32,000 nt of DNA from Kiritimatiella glycovorans (GTDB taxonomy: Bacteria; Verrucomicrobiota; Kiritimatiellia; Kiritimatiellales; Kiritimatiellaceae). Shown here piece by piece: positions 1 through 7,735 of the stretch (positions are counted from its first letter, which is position 1; every line of letters starts with the position of its first letter). The notes beneath the pieces were generated by a model. That model was given only the letters and a program-made list of their open reading frames with translations. It ran no database searches and was not told the DNA's origin. Location: the NCBI RefSeq assembly GCF_001017655.1, contig NZ_CP010904.1, forward strand, positions 750,001 through 782,000, in the 5' to 3' direction. Position numbers and translations under genes: made by a program.

Positions 1-300
1 AGCGGGTTCCTGAGGGTGTGCACGCATCCGAAGGTCTTTGATCCTCCCGCGCCGCTTGACGGAGCGCTGGATTTTACAGGCGAGCTGCGCAGCCACGCCA
101 ATGTGATGGTGTTGAGCCCCGGTCACAGACACTGGGAAATCTTCCAGCGGCTATGTCGGGACAGTGGCGCAAAGGGCAATCTGATCAGCGATGCATACCA
201 CGCGGCCCTTGCCGTCGAGTACGGATGCGAATGGATCACAACCGACCGCGATTTCGCCCGGTTCCAGGGGCTGAAATGGCGTCATCCGCTTGACGGATGA
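1..300 (+). CDS. vapC: PIN-domain VapC-family toxin, 5'-truncated by the window edge
   Basis: Frame 1 is open from base 1. The translation SGFLRVCTHPKVFDPPAPL...GNLISDAYHAALAVEYGCEWITTDRDFARFQGLKWRHPL has the C-terminal layout of VapC-type PIN toxins (DA..AA and T.DRDF acidic motifs). The N-terminus and any antitoxin lie upstream of the window. Confidence 0.8.
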   Translation, partial: SGFLRVCTHPKVFDPPAPLDGALDFTGELRSHANVMVLSPGHRHWEIFQRLCRDSGAKGNLISDAYHAALAVEYGCEWITTDRDFARFQGLKWRHPLDG

Positions 301-355
301 CGGGTCCGGATGTAAGCCGTCCCTTTTTTGCAGCCGGCGAAGTGCGCTTTTTACC

Positions 356-2137
356 ATGGCCTTAATGACGCTCAAAGATGTTCACATGGCCTTCGGCGGT
401 CCGCCGATCCTGGACGGCGTGGATATGACGATCGAGCCGGGTGAGCGGGTCTGCCTGATGGGCCGCAACGGCGCGGGTAAATCGACGCTCCTGAAGATCA
501 TCGCGGGCGAGTTGATTCCCCACGACGGCGAGATCGTCCGCCGGCAGGATCTCGTCGTCGCCCAGCTCGAACAGGAAGTGCCGATGGACCGTACGGGTTC
601 GGTCTTCGATATCGTCTCCGAGGAGTGGGACCACGAGCACGAGCTGAGCCATCCCGTCGAGCGCGCGATCTCGCTGCTGAAACTCGATCCGCGGGCGGAG
701 TTCTCGACGCTCTCGGGCGGCACGCGCCGCCGCGTACTGCTGGCGCGGGCGCTGGTGAACGAGCCCGACATTCTGATCCTCGACGAGCCGACGAACCATC
801 TCGATATCGAGGCGATCGAGTGGCTGGAGACCTTCCTTAAACGGCGCGACGGCGCACTGCTGTTCGTGACGCACGACCGCGCGTTCGTGCGCAATCTGTC
901 GACGAGGATCATAGAGCTGGACCGCGGCGCGCTCTACAGCTGGGATCTGGATTACGACACCTACATCGAACGGCGCGCCGAGCGCCTGAGGGTGGAGCGG
1001 TCGCACTGGAAGGAGTTCGATAAGAGGCTGGCGGAGGAAGAGCAGTGGATCCGCGAGGGGATTTCCGCGCGGCGTACGCGCAACATCGGCCGCGTGCGCA
1101 ACCTCTACGCGATGCGCAGCGAGCGCGGAAAGCGCCGCAGGCAGGGCCGCGGCGCGCGCTTTTCGATCCAGGAGGCCGAGTCGACCGGCCGCAAGGTCAT
1201 CACCGCGAAGAACGCCACCTACGCGTGGGACGGCGAACCGGCCGTAAACGGCTTGAATCTCAAGATCCAGCGCGGCGACCGGATCGGGATCATCGGGCCC
1301 AACGGCTGCGGGAAGTCGACCCTCCTGCGCCTGCTGCTCGGCGACCTCGAACCGCAGTCGGGGACCGTGAAACACGGCACCAATCTCGAACCGGCCTACT
1401 TCGACCAGCACCGGCAGGAACTCGACGAGAACCGCAGCGTGAAACAGAACCTGTGCGACGACAATCAGTACGTCTTCATCGGCGGGCGCAAGATGCACGT
1501 GCTCGGATACCTGCGCAATTTCCTCTTCACGCGCGAGGATGCCGCGCGGCCGGTCTGCGGCCTGTCCGGCGGTGAACGCAACCGGCTGTTGCTCGCCAAG
1601 CTCTTTGCGCGCACCGCCAACGTACTGGTGCTCGACGAGCCGACCAACGATCTCGACAGCGACACCATGGAGGTGCTCGAAGAGCAGCTCATGGACTTCG
1701 AGGGAACGATTCTGCTCGTCAGCCACGATCGCGCGTTCCTGAATAACGTGGTCGACCGCATCCTCGCCTTCGAGGGGAACGGTCGTGTCGGCGAGTACGT
1801 CGGTGGATACGACGACTGGGTGCGCCAGAGCGGCGGGCTGAAGAAGGAAAGGCCCCCGCCGAAGACGCACAAACCCGCGCAGAGCACGCAGAAGGCGCGT
1901 CCGCGCAAACTGAATAACAAACAGCGCGAAGAGCTGGAGAAACTGCCCGCGCGGATCGAGGCGCTTGAGCGCGAACTTGACGCGCTGCAGTCCACGCTCA
2001 ACGATCCGGAGTTCTATCGTCGTCCGCAGGAGGAGATCAGAACCGCAACCGAACGCGCGGAGGCCATCCCGCGGGAGCTGGACGCCGCCTTCGACCGCTG
2101 GTCGGAACTGGAGGAACACGCGGGCGGGCCGTCTTGA
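356..2137 (+). CDS. uup: ABC-F family ATPase (Uup-like): two ABC cassettes plus a charged C-terminal coiled coil, no membrane domain
   Basis: Two Walker A motifs (GRNGAGKST, GPNGCGKST), two ABC signatures (LSGGTRRR, LSGGERNR) and two Walker B motifs (ILILDEPTNHLD, VLVLDEPTNDLD). K/R/E-rich tail KLNNKQREELEKLPARIEALERELDAL. The ORF track starts at 290, but the conserved N-terminus begins at ATG 356 (or 365). Confidence 0.9.
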   Translation: MALMTLKDVHMAFGGPPILDGVDMTIEPGERVCLMGRNGAGKSTLLKIIAGELIPHDGEIVRRQDLVVAQLEQEVPMDRTGSVFDIVSEEWDHEHELSHPVERAISLLKLDPRAEFSTLSGGTRRRVLLARALVNEPDILILDEPTNHLDIEAIEWLETFLKRRDGALLFVTHDRAFVRNLSTRIIELDRGALYSWDLDYDTYIERRAERLRVERSHWKEFDKRLAEEEQWIREGISARRTRNIGRVRNLYAMRSERGKRRRQGRGARFSIQEAESTGRKVITAKNATYAWDGEPAVNGLNLKIQRGDRIGIIGPNGCGKSTLLRLLLGDLEPQSGTVKHGTNLEPAYFDQHRQELDENRSVKQNLCDDNQYVFIGGRKMHVLGYLRNFLFTREDAARPVCGLSGGERNRLLLAKLFARTANVLVLDEPTNDLDSDTMEVLEEQLMDFEGTILLVSHDRAFLNNVVDRILAFEGNGRVGEYVGGYDDWVRQSGGLKKERPPPKTHKPAQSTQKARPRKLNNKQREELEKLPARIEALERELDALQSTLNDPEFYRRPQEEIRTATERAEAIPRELDAAFDRWSELEEHAGGPS

Positions 2138-2167
2138 AGGATGCTTACCACGGGGGCATGAGCAGAG

Positions 2168-2521
2168 GTGCCTGAACCGCCGGAACAAAAAAGAAAGAAG
2201 GGTGCAGTGGATATCATCGAAAGTATGGGTTATTCCGCTTTCTGGGTTTTCCTCGGTGTTATGTTCGTGCTCGGTCTCTCCGGGAGAATCGCTTTTCCCC
2301 GCGGAAGGGTTCGGACGGACTTCTCGAAGCATAAGGCGAGAGTGCTCGCTTCGCTCAGCACCCTCGCCTTCGTATTGGCCGCGCTTGCTTATGTGTATTG
2401 CCTGGCAACAACGGATACTGGAGCAGGGGCAAGGGACGCAGCCTCCAGCCTGATACTTCCGCTGCTGGGGCTGTCGGTGGTGTCCTCTATGGTTTACTGT
2501 GGGGTTAATTTCAGAAAATAG
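2168..2521 (+). CDS. Hypothetical small membrane protein
   Basis: GTG-initiated 117-codon ORF (alternative ATG at 2225), 30 nt after the ABC-F stop. Three hydrophobic stretches (FWVFLGVMFVLGL, LASLSTLAFVLAALAYVYCL, LILPLLGLSVVSSMVYC). No family recognised. Confidence 0.45.
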   Translation: MPEPPEQKRKKGAVDIIESMGYSAFWVFLGVMFVLGLSGRIAFPRGRVRTDFSKHKARVLASLSTLAFVLAALAYVYCLATTDTGAGARDAASSLILPLLGLSVVSSMVYCGVNFRK

Positions 2522-2606
2522 AAGCCGGTTTATGGCAGAACGATCATGGTCGCGCAGGAAGACCTCTGCCGAAGCCGGGCCCATTAAGCGGGAGGCAAAG
2601 CGTGAT

Positions 2607-2978
2607 ATGCGGATGACATGGACCATCACGGCCCTCGCATTTTTTGTATTTCTGTTCGCCGTGCGTGAACTGGGTGATCGATCCTTGCGCGTGACGGCGA
2701 CGGCCTACACTTCGGAGCGGGCCCAGACGGACGCGACCCCGCACACCGCCGCCTGGGGCGACCGCATCGAGCCCGGCATGGACGTGATTGCCGTCTCGCG
2801 CGACCTTCTCGATCACGGCTTGACCAATGGAGTGCAAGTCAGAATCGAAGGCCTGGGCACGTATACGGTCATCGATAAAATGGCTGCGGACCAGCGACGC
2901 GCGATCGACATCTATATGGGCCACGATAAACAGCGCGCGCTCGAATTCGGAAGGCGGGAAGTGAAGATTAAGTGGTAA
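2607..2978 (+). CDS. 3D-domain (RlpA-like double-psi beta-barrel) protein with an N-terminal membrane anchor
   Basis: ATG 2607 is preceded by GGGAGG at 2590-2595. Hydrophobic anchor TITALAFFVFLFAV, then VTATAYTS..QTDATPHTAAWGD..VIAVSRDLL..VRIEGLGTYTVIDKMAA..IDIYM, the usual 3D-domain pattern. The ORF-track start at 2499 is probably too far upstream. Confidence 0.75.
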   Translation: MRMTWTITALAFFVFLFAVRELGDRSLRVTATAYTSERAQTDATPHTAAWGDRIEPGMDVIAVSRDLLDHGLTNGVQVRIEGLGTYTVIDKMAADQRRAIDIYMGHDKQRALEFGRREVKIKW

Positions 2979-3006
2979 GGACGTGACATGGATTAACCAT
3001 GAAGGA

Positions 3007-3196
3007 CATGAAGAGCATGAAGGTGGGTTGAGGGGCGGTGAACATAATTCGTACTCTTACTCGTACTCGTATGCGTACTCGGAGCGCCGAAGGCGCGATC
3101 CCATTCCCCCTGTTCAGGGAACTCGAGTACGAGTACGAATTATGTTCTCTCTGAAACCCGATTTCGACTTCGATCCGGATTTCGAGATCCCATCCG
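3007..3196 (+). repeat. Composite intergenic repeat, copy A: CATGAAG box, long palindrome, and GATTTCGA-rich module
   Basis: 3007-3130 is near-identical to 9230-9359 in the same orientation. 3160-3196 matches 23288-23324 at 28 of 37 positions by hand alignment. Confidence 0.85.
3040..3147. repeat. 108-bp imperfect palindrome (MITE-like or structured-RNA-like) embedded in repeat copy A
   Basis: The left arm GAACATAATTCGTACTC(TTACTC)GTACTCG (3040-3069) pairs with the right arm CGAGTACGAGTACGAATTATGTTC (3124-3147): 17 bp perfect plus 7 bp after a 6-nt bulge. The loop holds a second small hairpin, GCGCC-GAA-GGCGC. Confidence 0.8.
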
Positions 3197-3300
3197 CTGT
3201 AATCCGAGTCGAAAACACAAGAAGGGTCTCTCGCAAAGGCGCCGGGACCGCAAAGGTGAATGAGAAGAGCCCAGGCGAAGGAATCGTGCGCTCTCTCTTA

Positions 3301-3444
3301 CGTCCGTAGTAGGCCCGCAGGCCTGCGAAGCAGGGCCAGGGCCGTTATCTTCACGCGCCTGGCCTGCCGGGGGCAGGCCAGGCGCTACTACGAACGGTAT
3401 AACGCGCCTTGGCCCTTCGGGCGCTTGCGGCGCTACTACGAACG
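3301..3444. repeat. REP/BIME-like cluster: one inverted and two direct units of a GC-rich hairpin followed by CTACTACG(A/G)ACG
   Basis: GGCGCTACTACGAACG occurs at 3381-3396 and 3429-3444. An inverted, diverged copy CGTCCGTAGTAGGCC starts at 3301. A perfect 13-bp stem GCGCCTGGCCTGC/GCAGGCCAGGCGC spans 3355-3385. The second unit contains GCCC-TTCG-GGC. The cluster lies between convergent genes. Confidence 0.7.
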
Positions 3445-3552
3445 TTTGTCGTCTCCCATCCCGACCCCGGCATCCTCTGTGGCCGCTGTGGTGAATCCCC
3501 ATCCCGCCTCTTCCCCAAAACGACTCCCCCCCACAAAATCCACGAATCATCG

Positions 3553-6198
3553 CTATTTTGCGGATTCGAGCGGATGGCCGTGTTCATCGAAGAGCTTCCA
3601 CAAACCGGGATTCCCGTTCTCATCCAGCTCGCGTCGAGCGATGGAATAATGCCCGTCGGTGCGGCAGCAGGGTTCGCCGTCCGGGCCGAAGTGGCGTTGT
3701 TCTATCAGCAGGTCGCCTTCGAATGTGCATTCATAGCGGTGGATGCCCTTATCATCCGCAACGGGCTGCTCGTGCTGATCGAAATAGCTGACCATTGTGG
3801 CGTTTCCCGTCTCGTCGTATTTTTTACGGACGACGGCGTATCCCCCGGTAGTGTTGACGGGACGGCCCCGGGTGTCGAAAAACAGCCGCTCAAGTTCGCG
3901 GCCCGCTTCGTCGAGCTTCGATCGGTACCCATGGTTCCCGTCGCGATGGGTTGTGGGGGCATTCCCGGCATCATGATAGCGGCGTTCGATCTCGCGCCCC
4001 GACTCGTCATACTTGATATGGAGAAAGGTAAAGCCTTCCTCCGTGTGGGAGGCGGGCCGGCCGTGGGCATCAATGACGCAGAACTCGACGAGTTTACCCT
4101 GTTCGTTCAGAACCTGTCGGAATCCGTAGTCGTAGGTGCTGTGACGGGTCGGGTCGCCGAGGGCATCGAAATAGCGATACGTATCGCCCGTCCCCTCATA
4201 AATGATCTGGCAGCGGTGATATCCTTTCGGGTGAAGTGCGGGTCGTCCGTCTTCATCATAAAAGGACTCGGATGTCCGTCGCCCCTCATCATCGAGCGTC
4301 CATCGAAGCGTCACATAGCCATTGGTGGAAAAGGTCGGCTCGCCGTCGGGTCCGAGAAAGGTTTCCGCGATCTGGCGATCCCGGTCGTCGTGCTCGAATC
4401 GAAGACCGCAGTACCCGCCGGGCATGCGCAGCGGTGTTCCGGAAGCATCGAAGTAGCGCTCCACCTTGCGCCGACCCCGCTCGTCATAACGGAAGCGCAG
4501 GATGGCGATACCCCGGGCATTGGCGCATGGCAGGCGGTCACAGCCGAAATGGACGCGTTCGACGGGATGGCCCCGCTCGTTCCAGGAAAGACGGTAGCCG
4601 TGGCACCCCTCTTCACAAAGCATGGGTTGCCCGCGTTCGTCGTAGTACCGCTCCTCGATTAATCGGTCGAAGCCGTCGTAGATTCGTCGAACCGTGGCAT
4701 ACTCGCACCCTGAGATGGCCGTGGGGTGGTTTTCGATGTTCAGCCACGTCTTTTCGATTTCATTACCGCGGGCATCGTAGCGGCAGACGACGGCGTGATT
4801 GCCGTCCCGGTGCGCGACGGGCTGGTTCGAACACCCGAAGTAGCGGGTTTCCAGGATATTGCCCATGGAATCGCGGCGATAGCTGATCCGGTGTGTCCCG
4901 TCATGATCAAGAACGGGCCGACCATCGGCGCCGAAACAGCGCCAGTCGAGGCAGTTGCCCCGGTCGTCATTGACCAGACGATTGATGGCGTATGCTTGAC
5001 CCTCAGGACAGACCGGATGGTCGTTCAGATCGACCCAGACCTGTTCATCGAGATATCCGTTGCGGTCGAAGGAGAAGTTTCGTCCGTGAAACCCGTTCTC
5101 GTGGAGGCAGGGGTGCCCGTGGCGGTCAAAGTAGCGCTCACGGCCGACGTTCACGGCGTCGATCCACGTATAGCGCTTTTCGGTCACTCCGTCCCGGGAT
5201 TCCGGCTCGCCGTCCAGCCCCAGGTAAACCTCTGAGATGATTCTGCCCTGATCGTCAAAGGCATAGCGTGTACCGTGTGTTTCTGTGGAGGAATGGAGGC
5301 AGGGATCGCCCTCCGGGCCGTAGTGGCGGCTCTGTATCGTATCGCCGCATGGGTTGTATTCGTTGCTCCATGAGTGGAAGTTCCAGCGGTCGTCCACCGC
5401 CGGGCGACCCTGATCGTCGAACAACGTGACGGATACGATATTGCCCCACTTGTCGTGACGGTAGCGTGCCTCGCACCAGCCGCTGCGCACGCAGCAGAGA
5501 TCGTTCGTGCCCTCCGCACCGTAGGAGATGGACCGCACGTGTCTCCCCCCGGAGTAGAAGTAAAGATGACCGGCTGCACCGGCGTGGGAGCGCAGGGGTT
5601 CGTAGCTCTCAAGGGTCCGGCGGCGTGCATCGCGATCTTCCCTTTTCAGCCGCAGGTAACGATGTTCGACGAGGCGACCCTCCTCATTATACCGGAAGGC
5701 GCTGGCGTGAGCCCCTTCCAGGCCGGGCAGGGGCTCGCCGTGAGCGCCGCAGTACTCGACCAGCGTTTCCATCCCCCCCGCTCCGTAGGAGATGCGCACG
5801 TATTCGGCCGCCGCCGTCACGGCGTTGGTGGTCGTTCCGGCCGCCTGGATCGCCTGGCGCTGACGCTGCGCGTATCCCCCGGCGCCGACGAAGTGTGCGA
5901 AGCGGGAGCGCGGCTGTCCCTCGTCGAGGTTCAGGGCGTTGTACTGCAGGATCCAGACGACCTTGCCCTCGGCGTTTTCGCCGATCTCATGCATCACGCG
6001 ACCCTGTTCGTCGGTGACGAAACGCCACTGACACACTTCGCGCAGGAGCCAGTCGGGTACCACCCCCGTCGCATCGCCGGAGTCTGATCCCCATTCCTCT
6101 CTTCCCCAGAGATAGGTGTCGCACCAGTGATCGATCGTGGGCCGGTCATGGCCGTTCACGGCAATAACCCGGTCGACCGGCCGCTTTGGAAACTGCAT
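3553..6198 (-). CDS. Protein of about 20 tandem YD/RHS-like beta-hairpin repeats (~37 aa each); probably the C-terminal part of a longer ORF (see 6460-6481)
   Basis: Repeating pattern [YF]FD..G.P......G.H.....YD..G...E, for example RYFDASGTPLRMPGGYCGLRFEHDDRDRQIAETF, SFYDEDGRPALHPKGYHRCQIIYEG and LFFDTRGRPVNTTGGYAVVRKKYDETGNATMVSYF. No signal peptide after Met 6198. The same frame stays open upstream to 6510, with no ATG/GTG/TTG, and encodes a TM helix there. Confidence 0.8.
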   Translation of the reverse strand: MQFPKRPVDRVIAVNGHDRPTIDHWCDTYLWGREEWGSDSGDATGVVPDWLLREVCQWRFVTDEQGRVMHEIGENAEGKVVWILQYNALNLDEGQPRSRFAHFVGAGGYAQRQRQAIQAAGTTTNAVTAAAEYVRISYGAGGMETLVEYCGAHGEPLPGLEGAHASAFRYNEEGRLVEHRYLRLKREDRDARRRTLESYEPLRSHAGAAGHLYFYSGGRHVRSISYGAEGTNDLCCVRSGWCEARYRHDKWGNIVSVTLFDDQGRPAVDDRWNFHSWSNEYNPCGDTIQSRHYGPEGDPCLHSSTETHGTRYAFDDQGRIISEVYLGLDGEPESRDGVTEKRYTWIDAVNVGRERYFDRHGHPCLHENGFHGRNFSFDRNGYLDEQVWVDLNDHPVCPEGQAYAINRLVNDDRGNCLDWRCFGADGRPVLDHDGTHRISYRRDSMGNILETRYFGCSNQPVAHRDGNHAVVCRYDARGNEIEKTWLNIENHPTAISGCEYATVRRIYDGFDRLIEERYYDERGQPMLCEEGCHGYRLSWNERGHPVERVHFGCDRLPCANARGIAILRFRYDERGRRKVERYFDASGTPLRMPGGYCGLRFEHDDRDRQIAETFLGPDGEPTFSTNGYVTLRWTLDDEGRRTSESFYDEDGRPALHPKGYHRCQIIYEGTGDTYRYFDALGDPTRHSTYDYGFRQVLNEQGKLVEFCVIDAHGRPASHTEEGFTFLHIKYDESGREIERRYHDAGNAPTTHRDGNHGYRSKLDEAGRELERLFFDTRGRPVNTTGGYAVVRKKYDETGNATMVSYFDQHEQPVADDKGIHRYECTFEGDLLIEQRHFGPDGEPCCRTDGHYSIARRELDENGNPGLWKLFDEHGHPLESAK

Positions 6199-7735
6199 CT
6201 CCGTCCAATTGAATTTCGGACGGTGCAGACCGTGGTATACAAACTTGAACGAAGTGCTGCGGTGACCCGCCTCGTCCGGGGTCAGGGGGCTGAGGCCTGC
6301 CGGGATACCGTGGCGCTTGGTGAATGTCTCGTAGTAGCGGACATGGGTCCGGACGAAGAACCACCAGCTCGAGCCGATCAGTCCCGCGAGCAGGAGGACG
6401 AGCAGCGCCGCACTGCCGGCGGCGACCCTGAAGCGCCTGCGCTCGCGACGAAGGCGGAGCCTCTCTTCGCGCGCGCTCCGCTGATTCGCGCCGCGCCCGG
6501 ACGATCGGCGTCAGGACGTCGTGGGTCAGTTCGATCATCGCTACGCCGCGCACATTTTCGATGTGCAGCAGGCGTCGCTCCACCAGCAGATCCACCGCCC
6601 GGCGCGCCGGGGCGGTTTCCAGTCCCGTGCCGCGGATGAAGTCCTCGACCGGCGCGAACATCCTCCGGCCGTCGCCCGTGAGCAGGGCATCTTCAACGGC
6701 GCGCGCTACCGGGTCGGCCACCGCCGCCATGGTCGCGTCGTAAAACTCCTCGAACACGCGTCGTCCGACCCCGGAGAGCAGGTCGGCCCCGATGTCCGTG
6801 CGACCCTGTTCGATCCGGCGGCGATTGAGTTCGAAACACATCAGCGAGAGCAGGGCGGGTTCAACCAGAATGTCGTCGAGCGCGGCGTTGGGGGAAGCAC
6901 CCGCAGCCATGCGCACGATCGTCTCCGCCGTGGGCTCGTCCATCAGGTGTTGCCCCGAAGCGCGCAGCGCGCCGAAGGCGGCCTCGCCGCTGAAGGGCTC
7001 CAGCCGCATCTCGTTGGACATGATCGAAGGACAGCGATCGCGGAGCGCCAGCAGCTCGCAGAGGAAATCCTCACGCAGGCTCAGCAGCAGGCGGACGCGA
7101 TCGAGCTGATATTCGAACGGAGGATCTTCTCCGCGCTCGGCGGCCGCTTCAATCATCGCCGCCGCAGCCCGCGGGACGCGATGTTCCGCGAGACAGGAAA
7201 GATCTTCGAGCAGCGCGTCCACAGCCCGGGGGCAGCGGCGGCCGAGAGTAAAGGCTTCTTCGAACTGGTCGAAAACGAGCACCGGCACGGCGGGGCGGTT
7301 GCGCGGCGTCCAGAAAAAGAGGCCGGCGCGGTTAAAGGTCTCCCAGAGCGTGCGGTCGGTACGTTCCAGCGGACGTTCTTCGGAACTTTCGACGGTGATC
7401 CCCGCATCCTTCAGCGCGGCGCGGACGGCGCTCAGCACCTGGTCGCGCAGGACCTCCACGGTACAGTTCTCATCGAAGCTGAGCCTGAGGTAGACGGGGA
7501 TAAAGCGCTCTTCACGGAGTTGCGGGAACACACCGGCCCTGAGCAGCGAGGTCTTGCCGACGCCGGAGATGCTGTAGAGCACGGAGAGCCGACTGCGCTT
7601 GACGCGTCGCAGCAGTTCGGCGGTCTCCTCCGCGCGTCCGTGGAAGAAGTCCCGGGACGATTCGGAAAAGGCGACCAGGCCCGGCCACGGCTGGTCGCGT
7701 GTGAGTTCCGGGGACGGGACGGCGGGACGCGTCAT
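6146..7735 (-). CDS. STAND-type (NACHT-like) P-loop NTPase; the last ~110 codons of this frame are probably not genuine
   Basis: ATG 7735 overlaps the upstream stop as ATGA. PWPGLVAFSESSRDFFHGR lead-in, Walker A LYSISGVGKTSLLRAG, Walker B VPVLVFDQFEEAF, a helical domain, and a winged-helix-like end RRLLHIENVRGVAMIELTHDVL. The 76 codons that the ORF track places upstream of Met 7735 overlap the previous gene and are discounted. Confidence 0.8.
   Translation of the reverse strand: MTRPAVPSPELTRDQPWPGLVAFSESSRDFFHGRAEETAELLRRVKRSRLSVLYSISGVGKTSLLRAGVFPQLREERFIPVYLRLSFDENCTVEVLRDQVLSAVRAALKDAGITVESSEERPLERTDRTLWETFNRAGLFFWTPRNRPAVPVLVFDQFEEAFTLGRRCPRAVDALLEDLSCLAEHRVPRAAAAMIEAAAERGEDPPFEYQLDRVRLLLSLREDFLCELLALRDRCPSIMSNEMRLEPFSGEAAFGALRASGQHLMDEPTAETIVRMAAGASPNAALDDILVEPALLSLMCFELNRRRIEQGRTDIGADLLSGVGRRVFEEFYDATMAAVADPVARAVEDALLTGDGRRMFAPVEDFIRGTGLETAPARRAVDLLVERRLLHIENVRGVAMIELTHDVLTPIVRARRESAERARREAPPSSRAQALQGRRRQCGAARPPARGTDRLELVVLRPDPCPLLRDIHQAPRYPGRPQPPDPGRGGSPQHFVQVCIPRSAPSEIQLDGDAVSKAAGRPGYCRERP
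6460..6481 (-). other. Probable frame-change site joining the STAND NTPase ORF to the TM/repeat ORF
   Basis: A (GC)n run CGCGCGCGC sits at 6468-6476. Upstream of it the NTPase frame reads sensibly (..IELTHDVLTPIVRARRESAERAR). Downstream, the +1 frame reads EERLRLRRERRRFRVAAGSAALLVLLLAGLIGSSWWFFVRTHVRYYETF.. and runs without a stop into the 6198 ORF. The original frame instead becomes Pro/Arg/Gly-rich, featureless sequence. Confidence 0.6.

Noticed and set aside
362-2629. 755-aa ORF antisense to the ABC-F gene
   Set aside because: It is a shadow ORF typical of GC-rich DNA. The translation is Arg/Ala/Pro/Gly-rich with no motifs, while the opposite strand encodes an unmistakable ABC-F protein.
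3040-3147. Long hairpin as a retron msr/msd-like or other RT-templated element
   Set aside because: No reverse transcriptase gene is anywhere in the window, and the element occurs in more than one copy as part of a dispersed repeat.
2983-3309. 108-aa ORF (HEGHEEHEG...YSYSYSYAYS...) across repeat copy A, and the analogous 9149-9361 ORF across copy B
   Set aside because: Copies A and B differ by a 1-nt indel (GAGGGGCGGT versus GAGAGGGGT), so no reading frame is conserved. The similarity is at the nucleotide and structure level. There is no RBS.
3381-3444. Two 16-bp direct repeats 48 bp apart, considered as a minimal CRISPR-like array
   Set aside because: There are only two units plus one inverted copy, the spacers are themselves hairpins related to each other, and no cas genes or leader are present. 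It fits REP/BIME elements better.
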